From positions 12,083 through 30,075 of the forward strand of contig JBBDYA010000054.1 in the NCBI GenBank assembly GCA_040902005.1: a DNA stretch of 17,993 nucleotides, in the 5' to 3' direction. This DNA comes from Gemmatimonadaceae bacterium. Its GTDB lineage: Bacteria > Gemmatimonadota > Gemmatimonadetes > Gemmatimonadales > Gemmatimonadaceae. Position numbers and translations under genes: made by a program. The notes beneath the pieces were generated by a model, which worked only from the letters and a program-made list of their open reading frames with translations, did no database searches and was not told where the DNA came from. Positions 7,929 through 15,818 of this stretch are shown here, piece after piece. Numbering within the stretch: position 1 is the stretch's first letter; each line of letters starts with the position of its first letter.

Positions 7929-8684
7929 ATGCAGGCACGACAGAAGCAGATCGTCGAAGCGTACCAGCGAGTGCAGGATTTCCTCGCGGAGTACCCGATC
8001 CCGGATCCCGGTCGGTACGGGAAGCCGAAGGAGTTGCTCGATGCGGTCGTCGAGCGGCTCACCGGCCACACCGGCGACCAGGTCGCCGGCGGGCGTCTCA
8101 GCCGGGCGGAGTCGCTCCGGAAGAACGCGCTCGCGCGCACGCTGCGTGAGCAGCACCTCCGTCCGATCTCGAAGATCGCGAAGGCGGTGCTCCGCGACGC
8201 GCCGGGCATCCAGCGCGCGCTCAAGATGCCGTCGCCGAACCTCATGCCCACGCGGCTCATCGCCGAAGCGCTGGCGATGAAGCAGGCCGTGGAGCTGTAC
8301 TCGCCGACCTTCGTCGAGAACGGCCGGCCGGCAGACTTCCTCGAGCAGCTTGACGCGGCGATCGGGCGGCTCCGTGCGTCGCTGCTCGGGCGCGCGCGGT
8401 ACGTCGGGCAGAAGGTGGGGGCCCGCGCCGGGCTGGCGCAGGAGATCCAGCGCGGCCGGACCGCGGTGGACCTGCTCGACGCAATGGTCACCACGGCGTT
8501 CTTCGGCGAAGCCGAGGTGCTGGCCCGCTGGCGCGCGGCGAAGCGCATCCAGGGGCTTCCCGGGCCGGGGAGTGTCACCGATGCCGGGACGGTCGGAACG
8601 GCCGACGACAACCTCGATCCGTCGGAGGCGGGAGAGTCGGGTGAATCGCCCTCGCCGGCGGACGAGTCGCAGGACGCCGCGTAG
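7929..8684 (+). CDS. Hypothetical predominantly alpha-helical protein, 251 aa, with an acidic low-complexity tail
   Basis: TGGAGG RBS at 7917-7922 precedes ATG 7929; host-like GC3 codon usage begins there. The 7692 extension in the ORF track runs through the repeat array. Confidence 0.85.
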   Translation: MQARQKQIVEAYQRVQDFLAEYPIPDPGRYGKPKELLDAVVERLTGHTGDQVAGGRLSRAESLRKNALARTLREQHLRPISKIAKAVLRDAPGIQRALKMPSPNLMPTRLIAEALAMKQAVELYSPTFVENGRPADFLEQLDAAIGRLRASLLGRARYVGQKVGARAGLAQEIQRGRTAVDLLDAMVTTAFFGEAEVLARWRAAKRIQGLPGPGSVTDAGTVGTADDNLDPSEAGESGESPSPADESQDAA

Positions 8685-8721
8685 TCCGAGGCCGGTCGTT
8701 CAACCCTTTGAAGGAGGACAG

Positions 8722-8952
8722 ATGAAACGCGGAGGTGGAGTGCACACCCTGCCGAACGACGGCAAGGGGTGGATCAACAAGGTGAACGGGAAGGTCATTT
8801 CCCGGCACCGCAGCAAGGACGACGCGGTGGAGGCGGGGCGCGAGATCGCCCGGAAGCTCGAGCTCGAGCACACGACCCATCGCTCGGATGGCGTGATCAC
8901 GGAGGCCAATTCGTACGGCAACGATCCGTGTCCGCCGAAGGACGGCAACTGA
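8722..8952 (+). CDS. DUF2188 domain protein, 76 aa
   Basis: AAGGAGG RBS; the pattern VHTLP..GW....HRSKDDAVEAGREIA...H..DG.I...NSYGNDPCPP is characteristic of DUF2188. Confidence 0.9.
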   Translation: MKRGGGVHTLPNDGKGWINKVNGKVISRHRSKDDAVEAGREIARKLELEHTTHRSDGVITEANSYGNDPCPPKDGN

Positions 8953-9020
8953 GCCGGTCGGAGTACGTGCAGGATAGATGAGCAGTGGCAGCAGCAGGAC
9001 GCGGGTGAGAGGTGGATGAC

Positions 9021-9052
9021 GGGCAGGGTCGGTGGCGCCGCCGATCCTGCCC
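9021..9052. terminator. GC-rich hairpin between convergent genes (possible terminator or REP-like element)
   Basis: GGGCAGGGTCGGTGG / CCGCCGATCCTGCCC inverted repeat with two G:T pairs; no U-tract. Confidence 0.4.
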
Positions 9053-9155
9053 AGGGCGCCGCGCAAGGCGCATACCGTAAGTTGGAGCGCTCGCTGCACG
9101 CCGGGTTTGGGACCAGCAAGCCTGCCGCCGCCCGAGAATCGGAGGCGCCTGCCGT

Positions 9156-9494
9156 CTAGTAGCCGATCAATCGTTCAAGAAGTACGTGCTCCACATCCCG
9201 CCGGCCGTCCAGAACTACTGAGACGAGCACGCGGCGAGACTGAATCCGATACATGATGCGGTAGTTCCCCACGACCAGCTCACGCCATAGGTCGACCCCG
9301 AGGTCATGCAGCTCGGGAACCACGCGCCCTCGCGCCGGATGCCTTCCAAGCGATTCCGCGGCGTCGACCAAGTGGGAGCGAAGCTCGGCTGCACGCTGGC
9401 CGAAGTCGTTCGCGACGTATTCCGCGATGGCCTCCAGATCTCGCGCCGCGCCCTCGGTCCATCGAACCTGGTGACTGCGGTGCCGCGCCACCAA
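9156..9494 (-). CDS. Type II toxin, RelE/ParE family
   Basis: VRWTEGAARDLEAIAEY, P.RGRVVPEL, RELVVGNYRIMYRI and VLDGRRD; lies immediately downstream of the antitoxin (start TTG 9494 or GTG 9491). Confidence 0.92.
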   Translation of the reverse strand: MVARHRSHQVRWTEGAARDLEAIAEYVANDFGQRAAELRSHLVDAAESLGRHPARGRVVPELHDLGVDLWRELVVGNYRIMYRIQSRRVLVSVVLDGRRDVEHVLLERLIGY

Positions 9495-9773
9495 CTAGCG
9501 CCGCTTGCGTTTCGCGGCTCGATCGAACCGCTCGAGCACAGCTTTGGTCGAGTGGAGGCGCCCCTTTGCGGCGTCGTTCTCCCCCAGATTCACCAGCTTT
9601 AGCAGTGCCATCGCCTGCCGCCAGCGGTCGTACGTCGCCACATCCATCAGAACGGCCTTTGCTTCACCGTTCTGGGTAATGAACATGGTGCGTCCCTCAC
9701 TCACCTGCCGGACGGCGTCGGCGGTCGACGCTTTCAAGTACGAAATGGGTTTAATATCTCGTGGATTGCTCAT
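9495..9773 (-). CDS. Type II antitoxin, Phd/YefM family
   Basis: DIKPISYLKA...ITQNGEAKAVLMDV..Y is a typical Phd/YefM N-terminal domain; 92 aa. Confidence 0.93.
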   Translation of the reverse strand: MSNPRDIKPISYLKASTADAVRQVSEGRTMFITQNGEAKAVLMDVATYDRWRQAMALLKLVNLGENDAAKGRLHSTKAVLERFDRAAKRKRR

Positions 9774-9802
9774 GCGCGTCCCGCCCCATCGTGGTGATGG
9801 CT

Positions 9803-9820
9803 GAATTTAGTACCATATTC
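9803..9820. promoter_or_regulatory. Probable TA autoregulatory operator/promoter
   Basis: Imperfect palindrome GAATTTAGTACCATATTC (14 of 18 positions symmetric, GTAC core), about 30 nt upstream of the antitoxin ATG in an AT-rich patch. Confidence 0.55.
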
Positions 9821-9976
9821 TGTCCTGAACAACCGGAGAGGCGCCGTCACGAAGATCTCGACGGCGAGGTGCGATTGGCCGTTTGCAGATGGGACGCGGG
9901 CAACTCCGCTAATCCGCCTCGAGTGCGTGGACGATAGGCAGCACGGGCGCGTCGAGCGGCGAGCACCTCTGGTGGA

Positions 9977-10432
9977 TCATGCTCGCTGCGGAGTGAGCAG
10001 GGCGGCGAGTTTGTCCAGCGAGCCGTTCCAACCCTCAAGATGATTCGCGCGGCTGGCAGCGTCCCGGAGCTGCTCGTGCCGCAGGACGACTTCGGTGGCC
10101 TTGCCGCGTTCGTGAAACTCGACCGTGATGAGCGATCCGGTCGCGGAGTCGTCATCCTCCCACGACCAGGTGTAGACGAGGCGCTCCGGGGACTTCACCT
10201 CACGGTACTCGCCCACAGCGCAATGGCGCGCGCCGCCGGGCTCCTGCATCTCGATGCGATAGCGGCCGCCCACGCGGAGATCGATCTCCGCCGCCGCCAC
10301 GTTCAGCGGCCCCGGCGCGCTCCACCTGCGGACGTCTTCGGTTTGCGTCCACGCCGCGAAGACCCGCTCCCGCGGCGCCGGGATGGTGCGCCGGACCTCG
10401 AGCGACCGCTCGTCCTGGGCTGCTTTCGCCAT
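9977..10432 (-). CDS. SRPBCC/AHSA1 (START-like) domain protein, 151 aa
   Basis: RTIPAPRERVFAAWT, DLRVGGRYRI, GEYREV..PERLVYTW and H.EGW..LDKL; ATG at 10432 with AGGA upstream. Confidence 0.92.
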   Translation of the reverse strand: MAKAAQDERSLEVRRTIPAPRERVFAAWTQTEDVRRWSAPGPLNVAAAEIDLRVGGRYRIEMQEPGGARHCAVGEYREVKSPERLVYTWSWEDDDSATGSLITVEFHERGKATEVVLRHEQLRDAASRANHLEGWNGSLDKLAALLTPQRA

Positions 10433-10761
10433 GATGTCGTGTCCTGTTCCTGTTGGAGGTATGCGGTGAGGAGATCCAGCTGGTGCTCCCAGAACGCGCG
10501 GTACCGCCCGATCCACTCCGCCGCGTCCTTCATCGGCGCGGCGGCGAGCGCCACGTAGCGCACGCGCCCTTTCCGCCGCACCCGCGCCAGCCGCGCGCGT
10601 TCCAGCACGCGCACGTGCTTCGACACGGCCGGCAGGGTCATGTCGAAGCGCGACGCGAGGTCGCTGATGGCGCGCGGCCCATCCACGAGTCGCAGCAGGA
10701 TGCTGCGGCGCGTGGCGTCCGCGAGCGCCGAGAAGGTGGCGTCGAGGGCGGCCGCCGGCAT
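10303..10761 (-). CDS. ArsR/SmtB family transcriptional regulator
   Basis: LDATFSALADATRRSIL, LASRFDMTLPAVSKHVRVLE and W...YRAFWE..LD.L; the conserved part ends near 10430 and the C-terminus reads on into the SRPBCC gene. Confidence 0.92.
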   Translation of the reverse strand: MPAAALDATFSALADATRRSILLRLVDGPRAISDLASRFDMTLPAVSKHVRVLERARLARVRRKGRVRYVALAAAPMKDAAEWIGRYRAFWEHQLDLLTAYLQQEQDTTSWRKQPRTSGRSRSGAPSRRRGSGSSRRGRKPKTSAGGARRGR

Positions 10762-10952
10762 CAGCGGGTGGCCAGCACCGCGTCCATCCGCTCCTGCATC
10801 TGCCGCTGCGTCTCGGGCGTCATGTCCTTCAGCTTCTCCGGATGCGCCGTCGCGGCGTGGTCGAACATGCGGCGCTTGACGTCGTCGTTGCTCTCACCGC
10901 GGGCGATGAAGTCGCACTCCCCGCCCAGGTCACGGCATCCCATTTCCTTCAT
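10761..10952 (-). CDS. DUF1059 family small putative metal-binding protein, 63 aa
   Basis: MK...CRDLG..CDF.ARGE......HA...H pattern; GGAG RBS; TGATG coupling to arsR. Confidence 0.85.
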   Translation of the reverse strand: MKEMGCRDLGGECDFIARGESNDDVKRRMFDHAATAHPEKLKDMTPETQRQMQERMDAVLATR

Positions 10953-10972
10953 TGCGGCTCCCGCGTTGTTGG

Positions 10973-10988
10973 TAAACCAGTTGGTTTA
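10973..10988. promoter_or_regulatory. Probable ArsR operator
   Basis: Inverted repeat TAAACCA-GT-TGGTTTA about 20 nt upstream of the DUF1059-arsR-SRPBCC operon. Confidence 0.7.
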
Positions 10989-11081
10989 GCAACATGATAC
11001 CGCGAGACCGGCGGGCGCGCAAGCGCGTGCTGGCTGTCGCTTCTGTGCGTGCCGGCAGGCGCTTCCCTGCGGCCGGCGCGT

Positions 11082-11400
11082 TCACTCCGCGCGCATGACC
11101 GTCAGCGGGCTTTCCCTCGCCGCGCGCATGCCCGGCCCGAGCGCGGCGACGCACGCCGCGGCGACCAGCGCGACGGCGGCCACGGCGTAGAACCCCGGGT
11201 GGTGCGCGGACACGTCATACAGCAGCCCCTGGATCACGCGTCCCACGGCGAGAGCTCCGGCGGCGCCGACCGCTACTCCCGCAACCAGATGGCTCCCGAC
11301 GCGCCGGAAGACGTCGGCGAGAACGTCGCCGCGTCGCGCGCCCAACGCGATGCGGATGCCGAACTCGCGCGAACGCTGCGCGACGCCGTACGCCGTGGTG
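11082..11400 (-). pseudogene. C-terminal fragment of a MacB/FtsX-type ABC permease
   Basis: AYGVAQRSREFGIRIALGARRGDV...GLLYDVS...P..RAA..P...MRAE is the terminal FtsX-domain pattern. Only ~105 aa remain and the upstream sequence is unrelated. Confidence 0.8.
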
Positions 11401-11479
11401 GAGAGGTGGTTCCACGGCTGAAGGCCCATGGAGCCGGGGGGAGACGTTAAGGAGGGGCCGCCCAGCTTACGTCGCCGTG

Positions 11480-11944
11480 TCACCGTCCAGAGAGGCATTG
11501 CTGGACCCGCCGCTCGGCATCGGCTGCTCCCGCGAAAGCGGCTTCCCGTGCAACAGTGCCACGACAGCGGTTACGGCGCACAGCAGCATCGATCTGGTCT
11601 TGCGGTTTGCCGGTGAGTTGCATGTTGAGAATCTGCAGTGCCGAGAAGGCGAGTACTTGACGATTGGCTGGGTCCGCGTAGAAGCGGTCGAGACCATCAA
11701 TTGCTGTCTGCCACGAGATGTTAAGGGGGAGCGAATCGATCTGACCACGACCAAACATAGTGCCGTCGTAAGCACCCTTCAGATAAAACGCCTTCACCAT
11801 CCTGCCAAGATCGTCTGTTCCCAACTCAGTCCACCCCTCTCCGTCGAGCCCAAAGGTGATGTCGCCTGGCCGTTGAGCGTTTGCCGTTGATGTGGCCACA
11901 ACAAGGAGCAAGAACCACGCGAAGCCCTTCGTTGGGTATGGCAA
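11480..11944 (-). CDS. Hypothetical secreted protein (~150 aa), start codon uncertain or decayed
   Basis: Signal-peptide-like KGFAWFLLLVVATSTANA followed by a globular helical domain; nearest candidate starts are TTG 11944 or ACG 11932, downstream of GAGGA. Confidence 0.6.
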   Translation of the reverse strand: MPYPTKGFAWFLLLVVATSTANAQRPGDITFGLDGEGWTELGTDDLGRMVKAFYLKGAYDGTMFGRGQIDSLPLNISWQTAIDGLDRFYADPANRQVLAFSALQILNMQLTGKPQDQIDAAVRRNRCRGTVAREAAFAGAADAERRVQQCLSGR

Positions 11945-12107
11945 TCCTCGGTGAAATTGCGAACAAGATACGACCGCCTTGCATCTAGCTGTCGATAGAG
12001 TTTGAGGACGGACTGGTCGGGGCGCCAGCTCGAGGCTGCCTGGGTGGCGAACACCGGGCGTTAGTCTGAGCGGCGCCCGATTCGCTTCATCGTCCCGGTC
12101 GCGCGTT

Positions 12108-12455
12108 ATGGCCTCCGCTGAGCCGTCGCGCAAGCTGGGAGCCGGTTATCCCGTAACTCTTGATGCGTTGACACCGTTCACCGTCGAGTGGTTTCGCGAC
12201 CACGCGGCACGCCCCGATAGCATCCTTGCCGTACCCGCACACCCATTATTTTCGCGTGCCCGGCGGACGACAACTGTGAACGCGCAAGGGAACTACGAGT
12301 TCCGCAACGTGGCGCGCGGCGTTTACATCTTTCGCAGCGTCGTGCTGTGGGAAATTCCGCTAGTAGGGACCACGAGGATGTGGCCGCAGGGAGGCTTTGT
12401 GACTGCGACGGTTCGGGTCGGCGAGGACACTCTAGCCGTTCTACTCCACCGCTAG
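12108..12455 (+). pseudogene. Probable 5'-truncated gene with a carboxypeptidase-regulatory-like/transthyretin-like beta domain
   Basis: RTTTVNAQGNYEFRNVARGVYIF fits that beta-sandwich pattern; no RBS or signal peptide; in-frame stop upstream at 12003. Confidence 0.5.
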
Positions 12456-12714
12456 GCGTGCGCCGGTCGCACGGAGCGTCCAGCCGGGCTGCGCCCCACA
12501 CCGTGCGCCGCGCGCGCGCACGACCCTTTCCGGCGCCCGGACGGCTCCGGCTTGCTCCCAGCCGGGCCAGCCAGCATCTTGGCACCAGCACACAGCTCGT
12601 CCCGCCGCCACTCCGTTTCGATCAAATTCCAAGCGTAGTCCTCGCACACTTCACGGCGGATCGAGTTCAACAGGAAATTCTTATCCGCCGCTTCGCGCGG
12701 CAAGAGTTTCTACT

Positions 12715-13359
12715 TCGTTAGGCGCCTCGACTATCGCGTCTAGATGCCGCACGCGCCTTGGTTGGACCAAAGCGCGGTTCGGGAACAGCTGGCAATTGCG
12801 GATATAAGGTCGCAGACCATTTGAACTGTTCGTCAACCACCCCTCCCTCAGTGACTAAGGCATCGAAGGCCCTCGGCAACGCCTGGAGTGCAAATGCCGC
12901 GTGGCAGCGTACCTCGTAATTGCGTCGGGGGGACGGCCGCAACTGCTCCGGGCCAATCGCTCTGAGTGCCTGAAACGATCCGAAGAGATGATCAACTTGA
13001 TCAAAGAATGTTGACAGAGGTTCGATTGTGCCGGGAGAAAAGAGCCGCGAGTCTCCGCGGAGTACGTCGTAGTAGAGCGGTGGCCTGGCCACAACGACTG
13101 TTGCAGCATCTTCAACGTCGTAGACCTCGTGGAGGCTGAACTCGAGCCGGCGGAGGTCGTGCAGCAGCGCCGTCGCAACCGTTGCGCGATGTCGCCTCTG
13201 CGCTTCGGCCTCATCAGCTATACGCTGCGCGCGCGCGCGCTGGGCTTTGCGAAGATCAAACACGTACGTGCCAAGCACCCCAAGTGCCGCACCTGCGAGG
13301 GCGCCAAGTAAAGCGGCGTCAGTCTGCGGATCCATGTGAGAAATGCCGGCGTCTAACGA
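12715..13359 (-). mobile_element. Integron gene-cassette-like unit bounded by core/inverse-core sites
   Basis: The minus strand begins TCGTTAGACGCC (GTTRRRY, 13359-13348) and ends GGCGCCTAACGA (RYYYAAC, 12726-12715), an 11/12 inverted match tightly enclosing one promoterless ORF. Confidence 0.55.
12718..13335 (-). CDS. Hypothetical protein with an N-terminal TM anchor, 205 aa (gene-cassette-like)
   Basis: ATG 13335; AALLGALAGAALGVLGTYVF followed by a charged helix; stop TAA lies within GCCTAAC. Confidence 0.75.
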   Translation of the reverse strand: MDPQTDAALLGALAGAALGVLGTYVFDLRKAQRARAQRIADEAEAQRRHRATVATALLHDLRRLEFSLHEVYDVEDAATVVVARPPLYYDVLRGDSRLFSPGTIEPLSTFFDQVDHLFGSFQALRAIGPEQLRPSPRRNYEVRCHAAFALQALPRAFDALVTEGGVVDEQFKWSATLYPQLPAVPEPRFGPTKARAASRRDSRGA

Positions 13360-13406
13360 TTCTGCGTTCCCCAGCAACAATGCTTCGCCAAACGCGCGCG
13401 AAGCAC

Positions 13407-13910
13407 TTACCAGTCCTTCGCAATAGCTTTCGCGACATTAGAAACAAGGTTCGCGACACTGGGAGTAATGAATCGACCGTCTGCCCGATAAGCTGCCACT
13501 GTCTGCCCCGACGACTTCGCTCGAATTCGTAAGAAGGCCTGATCGGCAATCCAGCCGCCGATTGGGTCATAGCGGACGGCTCCTATCGAGAACTCGCCGA
13601 TCGCTTTCGCTGAGTTTGTGTCATCAAGAACCTCGAACCCGATAGCTCGGAGCTCAAACCGCATTGATTGGAGAGCGAGTTGAAGCTGAGCTTCGCCCGA
13701 CGAAGCATTCGCAGCGACGATGCCGTGTGTGGCGATCCCTGAAAAGGAGAGCGCTCCAGAACTCGAAACGAGTCCCACGGCAAGTGGGCTATAGGCGCGA
13801 AGCTGGAGGTCGGGGCTCAGACGCGTGGCGCGAACTGATGACCCACACGCCTGACAAAGCGTGAGCACAACGAAAAAATGCAGTAGAGCGCTCGCTCTGA
13901 GTTGGTTCAT
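13407..13910 (-). CDS. Putative lipoprotein, 167 aa, function unknown
   Basis: ATG 13910; MNQLRASALLHFFVVLTLCQA-C signal peptide/lipobox; alpha/beta-like mature region. Confidence 0.7.
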   Translation of the reverse strand: MNQLRASALLHFFVVLTLCQACGSSVRATRLSPDLQLRAYSPLAVGLVSSSGALSFSGIATHGIVAANASSGEAQLQLALQSMRFELRAIGFEVLDDTNSAKAIGEFSIGAVRYDPIGGWIADQAFLRIRAKSSGQTVAAYRADGRFITPSVANLVSNVAKAIAKDW

Positions 13911-14063
13911 GCGCGACTCACTGTGTCTGCGACGTGAAGGGGTTCTTACATCCATCTGAGCCCAAGCTGCTGAGCAACGAGCGGCGGGTCGTGCCCTTCG
14001 AACCAGTCAGCTCCCAGGACCACATTATATAGCCAGTGCCCGCAATCAGCGTTCTGACCCACC

Positions 14064-15095
14064 CTAGTCTCGCTGACAGCCACTCTGAACCAGCGCCGTA
14101 TCGACTGGGATCGTGCTTCCCTCCTCGAGGCCCATCGACATCCAACTGGTCCCCAGGAGCATCAGCCAAGCGACGTCATTTCGGATCGCACATCGATCTG
14201 CCACGAAAATCGCGCCCGACTTCAGTCTCACGAGCTTGCCTTCACGCGTCCAATCGACTTCGATCGGTGATTGTGACGCCTCGAACCACCGTATTAGTTC
14301 GCGGTCGACGGCAAACGCACGACCATCGAGCGTAGAGCCCCTGACTGCTGAAAGAGTGACAGTCACGTCCCGAAGCCAGAACGCCTCCCCCGTCACCAGT
14401 GTCACGTGGCCACTTGGCGCTCGCGACATAGAAAGTACGGTGGAATCAGATACCGCCTCCGGATCGAACACAGTCGTGAGAACGAGCAGGGCTGCCCACA
14501 CCCATCCAGTCGAGCCGTCCAACAGCCGCACGTGATACCAGTTCCCGCGTACCTGAAGCAGTTCGACCGTCGTTCCGCTGCGAAGTGTCCGCAGCAGACT
14601 GGCTTGACCAGTTGGCTCGGAGAAGATCGAACCGCTGGTCCCGCGAACGCGCCCGACGATGCGTCCGACGGCTCTACCGATCCCTCCCTCCGGCAACACC
14701 TCCCAAATCCTTCCGTTGGCAACGCGGCCGATGACGCGCTCTCGCACCATAATATTGCCGTGCTTGTCCAGGCGGGCGATCTCGGAGCCACGCACGCGAA
14801 TGACTCCCTCCGCATCAATTGAGATGCGAGGAGCGACGCGGCCACCGGCGGTAAGGTCGGCAAGCGCCGCAGTGAGCGGAGCGACGACCGCCGCGCTACG
14901 AGCCGCCACACCAGATCCTGCCGCCGCCCTCGGCACGCCTACCCTTGCCGCTGCCCCCATGACGCGAGCTCCCGTGAGGGAACGTCCTGCGACACCCGCA
15001 GCAACGCCGCGAAACACCATTATTCCGGCGCAGCCGGTAACGGCGAGGCATAATACCACTCCCACCGCGGCACTGGCGCTTGTGTGGATTCTCAT
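14064..15095 (-). CDS. Putative lipoprotein with a bacterial SH3 (SH3b) domain
   Basis: Lipobox-like AVTG-C; LRTLRSGTTVELLQVRGNWYHVRLLDGSTGWV is SH3_3-like; Ala/Gly/Arg-rich N-terminal region. Confidence 0.75.
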   Translation of the reverse strand: MRIHTSASAAVGVVLCLAVTGCAGIMVFRGVAAGVAGRSLTGARVMGAAARVGVPRAAAGSGVAARSAAVVAPLTAALADLTAGGRVAPRISIDAEGVIRVRGSEIARLDKHGNIMVRERVIGRVANGRIWEVLPEGGIGRAVGRIVGRVRGTSGSIFSEPTGQASLLRTLRSGTTVELLQVRGNWYHVRLLDGSTGWVWAALLVLTTVFDPEAVSDSTVLSMSRAPSGHVTLVTGEAFWLRDVTVTLSAVRGSTLDGRAFAVDRELIRWFEASQSPIEVDWTREGKLVRLKSGAIFVADRCAIRNDVAWLMLLGTSWMSMGLEEGSTIPVDTALVQSGCQRD

Positions 15096-15116
15096 TCAAT
15101 TCGATTTTAGCACCCA

Positions 15117-15818
15117 ATGAACCCCGTCGCTATCCGCGTAATTCTCGCGCTCTGCGTCTTCGCTCTCATCGGCGCGGGGAGCGCGCTCTGGCAATCACGA
15201 GGGCGCGAGCAGGCGCTACGTCTGAGCAACAGGGTTGCCCAGCAGGCCCTCGCGGCATCGCAACAGACGGTGGTCCGGCAAGCTCGCGCGATCGAGGATC
15301 TCAAGCGTCAACCCTTCGTGATCTACACCTTGGCGCTCAGCGTCACACTCACATGCGACAATCCGGCCGTGCTTCGCAATTGGGGTTCGCCGACTTTAGA
15401 TCCGTCAAATCCTCGCATCGGCACCGTTGTGCGCCTCATCCGCAGAAATGGGCCCCCGATACTGTTGACGAACCCTGATCTCTCGGTGCAACAGGTTGGG
15501 CCGGAACAACCGTTCTCCAACCGCGAGTTCACATTCCACTACGTACCAATTGGCCCAAATCCATATCTGGGCCAGACCGTCGACACGCTCGCAAGCGTTG
15601 ACTCGATCGCGATGCGATTCGGACCTGTGCTGAGATCGCTCAACTACTGCGTTTACAACGCTAAGATTGCAAACGTGGTACTTAAGGTCAACAATCTCAC
15701 CGCTGTGATTACTCGTAGCCTCGGCAGCTTTGATCGCGAAGTCGTGACCTTCGATGTAGCTCGCTTCTTCGCTAAAGCACACGAGAACTACTCGGCGGCA
15801 TTGGCCGGACCGCGATAG
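15117..15818 (+). CDS. Hypothetical protein with an N-terminal signal/TM segment and short coiled coil, 233 aa
   Basis: Long ORF in a less GC-rich stretch; hydrophobic N-terminus VILALCVFALIGAGSALW; protein-like composition. Confidence 0.7.
   Translation: MNPVAIRVILALCVFALIGAGSALWQSRGREQALRLSNRVAQQALAASQQTVVRQARAIEDLKRQPFVIYTLALSVTLTCDNPAVLRNWGSPTLDPSNPRIGTVVRLIRRNGPPILLTNPDLSVQQVGPEQPFSNREFTFHYVPIGPNPYLGQTVDTLASVDSIAMRFGPVLRSLNYCVYNAKIANVVLKVNNLTAVITRSLGSFDREVVTFDVARFFAKAHENYSAALAGPR

Noticed and set aside
11985..12066. Additional attC at GACTAAC/GTTAGTC (12060-12066)
   Set aside because: Box spacing does not fit and no closing core site is present; too weak to call.
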